From assembly GCA_905178155.1 (NCBI GenBank), contig CAJINV010000002.1, forward strand, positions 1,463,809 to 1,527,808: DNA of 64,000 nucleotides, in the 5' to 3' direction. Source of the DNA: Amoebophrya sp. A120. Taxonomy: Eukaryota; Protista; Dinoflagellata. The notes beneath the pieces were generated by a model. The model saw only the letters and a program-made list of their open reading frames with translations. It was not told the origin of the DNA and made no database searches. A program made the position numbers and the translations under genes. Positions 47,644 through 57,998 of the stretch are shown piece by piece (position 1 is the stretch's first letter; each line of letters opens with the position of its first letter).

Positions 47644-50215
47644 AAATAATAAGAAACAAAAAAAAAAAAATAGAATAAAACAAAAAAAAAAAAAAAAAGC
47701 TAATAAAAAAACAAAACGAAAAAAAAGAAACAAAACAAAAAAAAAAATAAAAAAAATACAAACAAAAAAAAAAAACAATAAAAATATTATTAAAAAAAAA
47801 AAAGAATAAAAAGTAAAAAAAAAAAGAAACAAAATCAACAATAAGAAAAAAAAAAAAGAAATAAAAGAGAAAAAATAAAAAAAAAAACAAAAAAAAAAAA
47901 TAAACAAAAAAAAAAAAAAAATATAGAAATTAAAAAAAAAAAATAAAAAAAAAAAAAAAACTAAAAAAAATAAACAAAAAAGAAAAAACAAAAAAAAAAA
48001 AACAAAGAAAAAAAAATAAAAAGAAAAAAGAATAAAAAAGACAAAAAAAAAAATATAAAACAAGAGAATAAAACAAAAACAAAAAGAATAAAGAAAAAAA
48101 AAAAAAAAAAAAATAAAAAAAAAAAAGAACAAAAATAAATTTAAAAATAAAATAAAAATTAAAAAAAAAAAACAAAAAAAAAAAAAAAATATTAAAATAC
48201 AGAAACAAAAAAAACAAAAAAAAGAAAAAAAAAAAATAACGAAAAAAACAAAATAAAGAAAAAAGAAAAGAAATAAACAAAAAAAATAACAAAAAAAACA
48301 AAGACAAAAAAAAAAAAAAAACAAAAAAAACAAAAAAATTAAAAAAAAGAAATAAAGAAAAAAAAGAAAAAAAAAATAAAAAAAGAATAAAAAAAAACAA
48401 TATAAAAAAATTAATCAAAAAAAAAGCAAAGCAAAGAAAATAGATAATAAACAAAAAAAAAAATATTTTCAACAAATAATATACAGAACCTAAAAACAAA
48501 AAAAAAAAAATGAACAAAAAAAAAAACATCGACAAAAAAAAAAGAAAAAGAAAAATCTTCAAAAAAAACAAAAAAAAAGAAATAAAAGAAAAAAAACAAA
48601 AAAGAAAAAAATAAAAAAAAAATAAAAAAAAAAAGAAATAAATACAAAAAAAGAACAAAACAAAAAAAACAAAAGATAAAAAAAACGAAAAATAAAAAAA
48701 AAAAGAATCAAAAAACAACAAAGAAAAAAAATAAAAAAAAAAAAAATAGTATAGAATAAAAGATAAAAAAAAAAAAAAAAAAAAAGAAAAACAAGCTAAT
48801 AAAAAAAAATGTACCACAAATAGATAATAATCAAAAAAAAAAAAAAATAAAACCTCAAAAAAAACAAAATAAAAATATAAAAAAAAAAAAATAAAACAAA
48901 AAAAATCAACACAAACATAAACAACAGAAAACAAAAAAAATTATATAAAATAATGATCAAAAACAAAAATCAAAACTAAAAAAAATAAAAAATCAAAAAA
49001 AAGGACAACAAAAAACTAAACAAATTCCACAAATAAAAAAAAAAAAAAAAAAATAAAAAAACACGAATCACCAAATAAAATACAAAAAAAACCAACAAAA
49101 ACACGGACCGAAAACAAAAAAAATTATGGAAGCGTCAGGTTTGAAATCGTCAAAGTTGAAAAATTTGTGATGCATAAAATCGATACCAATTGGAAGCCCA
49201 ATTTCGAAGCGGCGCATGACAAATTTCGGCACCGTCAAAATCCAGTTTGTCATGCTGTTTAGCGAAAGAAGGCATCCTTTGTCATGCCACTTTAGCAGCT
49301 CCATCCCAAACCCGAAACAGGCTCACAATCGGCCTCACTTGCAATCCCTGCAAGACAGTCTTTTCGTGCCTTGCATTTTGTGCATCACAGATTATTTCAA
49401 CTTTGTTGATTTCAATCCTGACACTTCCATATGTTTCTATCGGAGTCTAGCGTACTCGGTGGACAGATGAACGCGGAAACTGATCCGGTGTGGTCGGTCA
49501 CTTCCTGCGACCCGTGGTCGGTAATGGTAAAATCCGTGTGTTGTAAGTGGAGCAAGGAGTTCGACTGTAGTTCCCCGCTGTTGTAGGTGTTCTGCTGATT
49601 GTTGTTCTCGTACTGCTCGTTCATCAGCTCTAGAGATTGTTCATCCCCGGGCAGTTCTAGTGACATATGCGAGTGCACAACTCCCTCTTGCACTCATTTG
49701 TAATGCAAAATACCGAGTCCACCTCTTTCCTTTAAGCATTTTGCGCATGACAGGTCTTGGACCCCGCTCAAACATGACTACAATCCATATCCGGATTTGT
49801 CATGCGGAAGCCACATAACTGCTGTTGCCTGTGTTGCTGTTCTTCCCATACAAATGTAGTGGAGGGGGGGTTATGCACTGCCATATGACATCAACACCTG
49901 CGACTGCTCATCCGCAATACGGTCCTTCTGTTCCTGCTCGGTGATGTCCTGGACGGTTTCTGGATTGTCCAAACCGGATTGAGAAAAAGATTTGTCTCCT
50001 TGCGCATTAGCTGCATCTTCACCAGGAAACTCCGTCCCGTCTAGGTTATATTTCGGCTCGTCCATCGGGGTGGTGACGGCAATCTCCTGGATCGTCGATT
50101 CGGACTGGAAGGAAGGCTTCCTGGAGAGTAGTTCCCGAGACAAGCCGTCCGCGAGCTGGTCTCGGACCTCCGCCTCCGTCCCCGGGGTAGGGGGCTTTTC
50201 TTGTTCTTCCGACAT
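34138..50215 (-). CDS. Giant low-complexity hypothetical protein with many RP[GS]T/RPSS motifs, interrupted by 14 introners, 3 GT-AG introns and an A-rich tract
   Basis: Exons can be walked in frame from MSEEQEK (50215) to 49432 and from ~44730 to the stop at 34138. GT-AG introns lie at 44205-44317, 40493-40636 and 39561-39673. Continuity across 44730-49124 is inferred. Confidence 0.75.
35220..35472. mobile_element. Introner family A (253 bp)
   Basis: TSD ctgcg/ctgcg. Spliced product reads QRPQ/HGGTRP. Confidence 0.93.
36227..36500. mobile_element. Introner family A (274 bp)
   Basis: TSD tcatg/tcatg. Spliced product reads ETPM/NNEG. Confidence 0.93.
36953..37223. mobile_element. Introner family A (271 bp)
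   Basis: Imperfect TSD tgccc/tgtcc. Spliced product reads IA[D/G]/TSKEH. Confidence 0.9.
38061..38324. mobile_element. Introner family A (264 bp)
   Basis: TSD cgttt/cgttt. Spliced product reads FMSQT/ALAQQ. Confidence 0.93.
38369..38677. mobile_element. Introner family B (309 bp)
   Basis: TIR tatggaagtgtcagaattcaaatcgacaaagtt / aactttgtcgatttcaatcctgacacccccata. TSD cgcga. Spliced product reads YDDIA/EAREQ. Confidence 0.92.
38816..39024. mobile_element. Introner family I (209 bp) that also contains an in-frame GT-AG intron (38813-39005)
   Basis: TIR tatccaagaaaaaaactgtgttagcgtaagtctgt versus rc tatgcaagaaaaaaaccgcgtaagtgtaactctgt. TSD tcctg/tcctg. Confidence 0.88.
39085..39348. mobile_element. 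Introner family A (264 bp), close relative of the 38061 copy
   Basis: TSD tggtg/tggtg. Spliced product reads AQTT/TAGYY. Confidence 0.93.
39827..40042. mobile_element. Introner family F (216 bp)
   Basis: Near-perfect ~35-bp TIR tatgagagtgcacaacccccctccccctcatttgt. TSD gtgtc. Spliced product reads HPST/LASEQ. Confidence 0.92.
40115..40264. mobile_element. Introner family G (150 bp)
   Basis: TIR tatcctgtgcaaaagtatcgcactcgta versus rc tatgcaatgcaaaagcatcgtactagta. TSD gtaat. Spliced product reads TQDY/KNKE. Confidence 0.88.
40817..41068. mobile_element. Introner family C (252 bp)
   Basis: TIR tataacctgctcaggtgttacaatctcaaacgttacaataga, with internal gttacaat repeats. TSD gcaat. Spliced product reads EVIA/LIESE. 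Confidence 0.92.
41266..42523. mobile_element. Large non-coding introner D (1258 bp)
   Basis: TIR tattgaaagaaaaaagttcgtcacagtcac / gtgactgtgacgaacttttttctttcgata. TSD ggtgg. Spliced product reads AFPP/PRENS. Confidence 0.9.
42586..44092. mobile_element. Large non-coding introner H (~1507 bp), right TIR truncated
   Basis: Starts tatggagtgac after gggaa. 42630-42685 is a degenerate inverted match to 44035-44092. Right flank is gggtt. Removal gives EAANP/PARENS in frame. Confidence 0.65.
44730..49120. repeat. ~4.4-kb aperiodic A-rich low-complexity tract (probable base-calling or assembly artefact)
   Basis: Mostly A with irregular single-base interruptions and no repeat unit. Begins abruptly mid-exon and replaces the expected TSD of the adjacent introner. 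Confidence 0.8.
49125..49431. mobile_element. Introner family B (307 bp), opposite orientation to the 38369 copy
   Basis: Family B TIRs, with an interior that is the reverse complement of 38369-38677. Right flank is tgttt and the left flank is lost in the A-tract. Confidence 0.9.
49666..49885. mobile_element. Introner family F (220 bp)
   Basis: TIR tatgcgagtgcacaactccc / ggggggttatgcactgccata. TSD tgaca. Spliced product reads QVLMS/LELPG. Confidence 0.88.
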
Positions 50216-53083
50216 GTTGGCTTTTTTATAGGTCTTTTTGTAATTATGCTAGTTCTACGTATTACGCTCTTGGTGCCATCTTGGTGGTGCAACAGAAGTT
50301 GCGCAGCTCTCTGTCTCTTCGGTACGCGATCTATCCGCACACTCTCAGGTGTGCGGACGAGTTCTAGTTTTCATTTGAAAGGTGCAGTGCGACGTGGTGA
50401 TTATTGCTGTAAAAGCCGAAACGTCTGTGAAACCCACGAGCCACCAGTTTGCCTTACTCTCTCTAAAATCCGCAGCTCCAAAGAAGATATCCATCATCAC
50501 ACTCGCAGTCATTTCTCTTATGCTCGAATCTACTCGCTCGAAAACTATACATATTTAAGCACTTCCGTTACCTTGACCTGCTACCAAGGAATTATACGAC
50601 TGCTACGAACGAATCCTTGCACAAAACGTTCCACGACGACAATCTATGTCGGATCTCTCTGGAAATCTCGCCGGCAAAACGACGAGTCTCAATTAGATAT
50701 GAGGTGAACACGGTGCTGACCTTGACCAATACGGCTACATTCGTGTCGGCAAGGGCCTTGCCGACAAGCCGTTCGTCTACTGCTGTTGCCATAAAGTGTT
50801 CTTTCGTCCTCCGACGCCGCCGGATACGCCCAGGACACGGGCTCCAGCAGCCGCGCCATATCATAATATATGGGGCGCTGCCACATGTGCGAGTGGGGCG
50901 CTGGGCGAAAAAGGCCACAGGAATATTTCCCGGCGCCCCGCCTGTGCTATACAGAAGCGGCCCGCCAAACAAAGAAAGTGCCCGAGGACGGGGCACCTGC
51001 TCGGCCCCGGGCTGGCAGACAGGCCCCCTGGTCGGCACACAAGCAGAGCGCGCCCCCGCTGCGGACTTCGTACGACGGGCGCCGCGGCCGGCAGGCAAAA
51101 GCGCGCCGGCCGCCGCGAAGAAAGCGGCGCGCCCGGCCTGCGGCAATGTCGCCGCGGCCGCATCACTTTCCGGGGGCTAAAAATGCGGCAAGCATGGCCC
51201 GGGCTTCGCTCCACAGTTGAAGGCGCTTCCCCCTGCCAATAAATCAAAGAGAGCAAGGGCGGCAGTTGCCTCTTCGCTGGATCTTCGAAGAAATTGATCC
51301 GCGACCTGGCCCCCAGTGGTCAAACTACAGCCGCGCCAGCCACTGCTCTCGGAGCGGCCAGCGGCGGGCCCGCGCCTGCCATTTCCCGGAGCACGCATCC
51401 TCGGAACGACTGCCCCCCCGGCCACCAGTCTGCGGGCGCGCCGCTCTCAATCCAGCAGCCACGACGAAAGAAGCTAATCAAAAAGCTACTATATGTCAAT
51501 GATGAAGTAGTATAGAATGAAAAAGTCCAATCCTCCAACTCGCCTTTCCTGCTCAAAGTCCGTTCCCAAAACTTGTGACTCTTCGCTCACCCTCACATCG
51601 TGACAACGTCCCACTTCACTGCCCGCTCACCCTTTAACAGTCTCGCCTCTCACGTTAGAAAGATCATGAGAGGACGACTCAGAGTACATGTCTAGCATCA
51701 AAGCTGCCTGCGACGGATGGCTCAGCCGAGAGCGGTCGTCACGGAACACACAGCGAGCCGGCGCCATCAGCGGCCATCTTGCATATTGGCCAAAACAAAC
51801 CGACAGGGCCCAGTCCAAATATGCGAAAGTACTAGCTGTATATCTTCACCTTTCTGCCCCATCGCTTACAGCTTTCCCCTTGACTACGTACTCCCGAAGC
51901 ACAGAGCGAGGGGCGGCTGCAGGAATGGTGCGTCCGCGCCTGTAAAGGGGGCCCGAAAGTTATTGCGCGCTCGGCCCCCGGGGCTGGTCGCACGGTGCCA
52001 ACACGAAGCGCGGCTGCAGCAGTGGCCGCAACACGGAGCCGGCGCGCTGCCTGGCACACGTGGCGCGAAAGAAAGCGAGCGCGCACAAGGGGCAATGCAT
52101 GGAGCGGCGGAAGCTGCCGGAAGCCCTGGGGCGCTGCGCGGTCCCAGGCAATCAACACGGCAGGCGGCCGGGACCGGTAGCCTGGGCGGGCAAGAAAATG
52201 AGCGGCCGGCGCCTTTCGGCGCGCGGGCGCTTTTGGTTTGGTCGGCGCGCCCTTGCATTTGCGACGCGATTCGCGAATGCCGTCGCTTTCTTTTGCGCGG
52301 CAGCTGGCCAATGAGCGCTTCTGCCCGTACGGGTCCGTGTCCAGGGACAAGGCCGCCCACTTGATGCAGGACGAGGGGAGCCTGTGTACTGCGGCAACAT
52401 CCTTCGCGCCTCCGGTCGGCTTTTGCCATGCTGAAGCGCCAACACAACCGCCCACCCTCCTGGAAAGCCAGCGGGCAACCAAGGCGGCCCGCCCATTCTG
52501 CTCACGCGCTGGCCAGGGCATGACGTTGGCAGCAAGCAGAAAACGCCCGGCCTGCAGCCCATCCAGCTGGCCCGGGCGCAAGTACTACGCAGCTACAACA
52601 TGACGAGGTGCGCCATACAACTCCTAGTGTTACGCAAAAAAAGCCACTCTGTCCGTCGCTCTATATCTCTCGAGTGGAGTAGTTCTCCTCACAAACTCGA
52701 ACTACATTTGAGCGGCTTGATCTCTCTTTACATCCGCTCTACCGGAACTATAACGCACATCACTCGCGCAGGACAACACGTTGCATCCGATGAACAAGAT
52801 GAGCTTACTGCAGTTGTAAAACCCTGCTGCAGCACGGGCACCTTTTCCAGACACCCCCCATTTTGCTCATTCGCTGAGCAAGGTATTGAACCTTCGTTGT
52901 GCGTGTGTTATTGCAGCTTCTATCTCGATGGGGCGAAGGCCCGTGTCGCAAGTGTCGCTTTTCAATTGTAAGCACAGTATTGTAGCACCACTCTGCGGCT
53001 CTACTACATGCGCAGTAAAATCAATCGCATTCGGGAATCTTCAAGGAGTTGTTCAATGCCATCAACTAATTCAACCTCCAATC

Positions 53084-54618
53084 TCACACCAACCTCCCCA
53101 AATCGAACCCGGTTGCGTTCTTAAACATCGCCCCGGCCACCCAACTCTGCATCTTGTCCTTCTGGTCCCGTATCAACTGCAAAAATATTTGGATCTGGAA
53201 ACTTGTAATGCTGCGTTGGGACTAGTGAATGCTCTGTAATGCACAGGCAAGCACGAGAAATATCTGCGCGTCCTTGTGTTGCGTTTTTCGCATGACAAGC
53301 TGCGTTTTTGCATGACAGGCAAAAGGGTCTCTTCTTGGACACGCATCACAAACTTTGTTTTTGGTCATGCCGGACAAGCATGACAAGTCTCGCAATCTTC
53401 CAGACCCAGACACTTTTGCATTTGATATCCCGGGAACACTTCCAAAACGCGACCAGATTGCTCCAGGCGAACACGTTGGCAACGACGAGGAAAACGACCC
53501 AACTGAGGTTCAGGGAGATCACGTTCAGGATGAGGAAAAGCGTCCAGATCAACGCCCAGCTATACCTGTTTTCATTTTTTCGTTTCGATAAGAGAGTAGT
53601 CGCAGTTTTGATCATTGGTTTTGCGCATGACAAAAGACCGCAGTCAAACCAAAGTCATTCAGCTTTATGCATGACAAAGAGACCAAAAAAAAACATACGT
53701 TCCCAGCCAGAAGACGTTTTTGTCGAGCGGATCCAGCTGTGATTCGTCTTGCAAAGACTCGAAGATCCATTCGTTGACCTCCTCACCCGTGGCTTCGTCG
53801 TCTTTTATGATGTTCCACCAGCGGAGACCTACTAGCTTTCGTCCGGTGACGTTCTTTACCTTTGAGAAGAAGTGCTTTGTCATGCAAAGTTGTCAAGCAT
53901 TTATGGTACTTATTTGTCATGCGAACCAGGGTAAGATCATCTCACGCTCAAAACAACAACCAGCTATACCGTCCAGAAGTCGAAAGCCAAAAATAGGATG
54001 CAGAAGATGTAGGTCAGCACTGTGTTGCTCCACAGGTAACCGCCGAAGAGGTAGGCGAAGAGGCTGTTATTGATGTGATCACAAGTCAACTGAATTTGTA
54101 TTGCGCAATCATCCTCAGAAACATCATTTCTCATGCGATGAAACACCTTAGAAGGGAAGTGAATCAACAGCATCTACTCTTTTATACCACAGCATCTTGA
54201 AGAGCAGGTGAAAGCAGCACACGACCGGGTGCTTCGCGTTTTTTATGAACTCCGGTATGGCCTGCTGCAACGCCGTGGGTGGCGGCGCGGACCCAAACCC
54301 CGTCATCTCTTGCGCCCCGCCGGCGGGGACAACTGGGGTCATGGTGCCGGATAATGAACTCGGTGTTGATACCCCGCCTCCGAGCGACCCCGCCATCGAA
54401 ACCGTCCCGGTTGTACTTGCGGTGGAGATTTTCTCCTGGCTGAAAAAATTATCAAGCTCATTTCTGCTCGCTTGCGGCGCAGTTGTACTGGTGGAAGGGG
54501 CAGGAGTGCTGCTTATGTCCGCGAAAATGTCGTCTATTGAGTTCCCAGCCGGCTGCGGATTCGCCGACATCCGGGGCGGCTGGTAGTTTGAACCGGTGCT
54601 GTTACCCGTTTCGAACAT
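53084..54618 (-). CDS. TVP23: Golgi membrane protein TVP23 (DUF846/FAM18), ~301 aa, 5 exons
   Basis: Signature motifs HPVVCCFHLLFK and [25 protein letters not shown]. GT-AG introns at 54064-54187, 53860-53969 and 53566-53698, plus an introner at 53171-53427, leave 906 nt in frame. Confidence 0.93.
53171..53427. mobile_element. Introner family A (257 bp)
   Basis: TSD tcccg/tcccg. Spliced product reads KCSRD/QKDKM (262-nt removal changes frame). Confidence 0.93.
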
Positions 54619-55525
54619 TGGGACGTGGTGCTTGGGTTCACGTAGTGCTCGTGGTTCTCGTGTCTTGGTCTCGTGGACGGAGCACAGCAAGTACTGTGAA
54701 ACGACTACAGTTTGTCGCTGCAATCAATGCTGGTGAAACGATGGTTCCAAAAACGACAAGCAGCTCCTGTACGTGATGCGTTCAAAAACTCATCTTGTCT
54801 TGTTAAAAAATCTGGCTTAGGACAGGGTGAAGTTGCAGTCAGAAGTTTTGCTCGTGTTAAAAACAATGTGGAGTGGAAACTAACGCCGACAATCTGGTGC
54901 TGTATTCGTCAACGTCATGATGAAGCAACCACACCGACGGACATTGAGGACCCTACAAGCGTAAGGCACGCTACATAGACAAATCTTCAAAAACGAAATT
55001 TGTCCACGAAGTACGGTAGCGGTGCAGCAGGGTGATGTAACCCGCTGTAGAACAGCGAGTCACTTTCGCGCAAACGAAAGTGGAGACAGCCCCTGCGCCG
55101 TTAAAAACGCATGGATCGCCGTTGTGTCAGTTCGAATCAATTGAAAGTGGTTTGCCTTTGTCTCGTCCCAAAAAAATGATTCAAAAGTGAGTATTCATCA
55201 TGATCATCTGTGCCACGTCCAGTCAGGCTCGCAGGTAGGAAGAAAATGAAAAGCCGTAAAGGGTCCACAGCCTTCCATATCTACATCGCAGTCGCACATA
55301 AACGGTTTATTTTCAAAGACTGCTTTTTGGCTTCCTTAAACCAACATTTTGTTCTGAAAAAATTCCTCGAAAGATGAAAATAACCACCATTTTAAATCTT
55401 TATTCTCGAGCATGATGTGCAGAAAGCCAACCCTGCTGTACGTCCGCTCAGCTCCACTATAGATGTCGTGCTACCAAGAGATGTTGAGAACAAACCGTCT
55501 AGAGCAGTTCGTTGTCATGCGGATT

Positions 55526-57998
55526 CTACATCACCACAATTTTCACCGTCCGTCCATTAATCTCCCCGCCGTCGAATTGGTGTTCCGCTTCATAGGCGTC
55601 TTTCGATTTTTCAAACACCACCCAACACAAATTCGCGTTTTCGTCAATTTCCGTCGTAACGACATCCCCAACTTCCTCAAACGCCCGCATAAGTTCCTCC
55701 TGCGACATGTTGGTCGGGCAGTTGTGAATCTGGATCATTTTCCCGAATCCCCGGTACTTCTCGACGGTTGTTGGGAGATGGCCCTTGTTGCCGTAAACCA
55801 CAGTCTGGGCTTTCTTTTCGACTTGACCGTGGGAGGAGATCACATCCAAAGCGTTGATCTTGTTGCCAGCGGAACGACGGGCGGTAGAACTAGTGTTCTT
55901 GTTCCTACTGACCGGGTGCTGTCTCGAAGTGCTGCTGGATTCTACTCGGTTGTCAACGACCTCCGGTTGTTCCCAAGAATTGTCGGAATAACTTTGCTCG
56001 TCGTTGTTAAAACTCTGCTCAACGTTATACCGATTCTGGTTGTTCCAGGACCGGCTGCGGGAACGATTCCGAGTATTCGCTCTCGGCGGACCGGCTTCCC
56101 ACGAGTCGTGCTCGTCGTGGTCTTTACCGCGTTTATTGCCTTTCTTCCCTTTTCCCTTCTTGCCCGAGGAAAATCCGCCTTTCCGCTCGTAAAAACCGAC
56201 GTTCCAGTCCTCGTAGTCCATATTCAGCCGTGGAGTCCGGTAGTTTTCGACGTAAGGTTCTTCTCGTTCTTCTTCCTCATAGTTGTAAAAATCCTCGGGC
56301 TGTTCGTGATTTTTCCCACCATTATACCACGACTTTCCGTAACCACCTTTTTTCCCGTCGTACCAGTAATCACCCTTTCCGTTCTTACCGTCTTTCTTGC
56401 CGTAATACGGCGCTACAACACCTCCGTCCTTCTTTCCAGAATAGGGGCCGTGGTTCTTGCTGTAGCCCTTTCCCTTTCCTTTGGAGTTGTACCAATCATC
56501 TTCCCATGCTTCTTGACCGCCTTTATTCCCCTTCCAGGAGCCGGAATGATCGACTGTGTAGGAGGTGTTGTAACTGTTGTGTTCTTCTTGGTAGCCGTTC
56601 TTCGAACTACCCTTCATCCACGGTTTTCCCTTCATCATGCCCTTCTCAAAAGCGGAATACGCAGAATAATCGTCGTTGCCTTTCGAGGTGGTACTTTTTC
56701 CGCCGTAGGACTTGTCTTTGCTACCTTTCTTTCCCGTTGTGCCGTAGTAAGAAGCGGACCAATTATCTGCACCACCGTTATACCCGCCCTTGCTACCGCT
56801 TCCCTTCTCCTTCCCCTTCGCCCAAGATGGAGGCGTGTAGGTATACCAGGTGTTCCGACGGAGGACCACTTTGTTCCCGGTAGAAGCACTGCTTTTTCCT
56901 TTCTTCCCTTTCGTACTATCGCCTTTCCCGCTTGTGCCGTCGCCAGACTTGCCTTTGCCCTGTTTTGTTGTTCGAGATATGAAATTATTCAATTTGCGAC
57001 AAAAATCAAAATGTGAATGGGCTTGTGTGCTGCATTTGCGTCAAGTTCCGATCATTTCCAAGTTACGTCATGCAGGATCAAGGAAAAAACCATATCAATA
57101 CCTTCCCGCCCTTCGCACTACCACCTTTAGGTTTCTTGATCGTCGCTCCTGCCTTTCGAACGAGGGTCGCCTTTTTCCGTCCTTTCAGAAATTTCACAAC
57201 CGCGGCACGTGCAGCCAGTCTCGCCTTTCCGCCCTTAGACGCGCCCTTTTTCGTTGTAGCTCGTACGCGTTTCAACTTCTGTGCGAGTGTCCGCTTTTTC
57301 GACAAAGCTGACATCTTGCCGATAGTGGACGTGGGTTTCTTCTTCAGTACGAGAGTCCGCTTAATTGCAGGTCTAGTAGTTGTCGCTTGTTCTACTTTCG
57401 AAGACTGCTTTTTACCCTGCTGTTTTCCCTTGCCCTTCGCTGGTCTGGTACTACCGCCCTTGGTACTAGAGGAGGGCTTCTCTCCTTTCTTGTTGCCCTT
57501 CTTCCCCACAAGACCACCGGAAGTAGTAGATGCAGCTCCCTTTTTCCCCGTCTTCCCCTTCCCTTTGGTCTGAAACTTCGCGGCCAACAGCTTCTTTTTC
57601 GCCCCGAGCTTCTTCACCAGTGCGGCAACGGCGGCTTTCTTCAGAATGGTGCCCCGCTTCGTGGTTTTCAGCATTCTTTTTGCATTCGTCAGAGCCGATG
57701 TGGAACTACCGGTAGTGGTTTTTTTTTTCGCAGCTTTAGTTCCAGCCAGTTGTTTCTTGCCCTTAGAAGTAGTTGCGCCAGCCTTGGTTGAAATAGAAGA
57801 TGAAGCACCTTTTATACTGCCGGTTCTTTTCGCTCCTTGTTTCCCTTTGCCCTTCATCTTGCTGTTTTTTCGAGGGCTGCCCGAAGCTGTGGTGGCGGTA
57901 GCGGTACTGCTGTTGGATTTGGTTTCGCGGGGTGGGAAGGAAGGTTTGGTCGGGTTTTTCGCTATCAGGTCGTCGAGACTGCTATCGAGTTTGCCCAT
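55526..57998 (-). CDS. Aly/REF (THOC4/Yra1)-like mRNA export adaptor, ~776 aa, 2 exons
   Basis: N-terminal REF-N-like motif MGKLDSSLDDLI, a long KGKG-rich region and a C-terminal RRM (IQIHNCP..CWVVFE..FDGGEINGRTV). GT-AG intron at 56960-57101. Confidence 0.8.

Noticed and set aside
44612-48934. Phe-rich minus-strand ORFs up to 449 aa
   Set aside because: These are by-products of the A-rich tract and have no protein-like composition.
49693-49897. GT-AG intron using the donor CAG|GTGTTG at 49897
   Set aside because: Better explained by the family F introner 49666-49885 with a perfect tgaca TSD.
10976-53427. Recurrent peptides LPDPDIF / KMSGSGR / CKNVWVWK as a protein repeat or CRISPR-like repeat
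   Set aside because: They are translations of the family A TIR. The repeats are inverted pairs around related interiors, not direct repeats with unique spacers, and no cas genes are present.
55463-57016. 517-aa plus-strand ORF (also 13358-14377, 19230-20120, 22218-22985)
   Set aside because: These are antisense shadows of real minus-strand genes.
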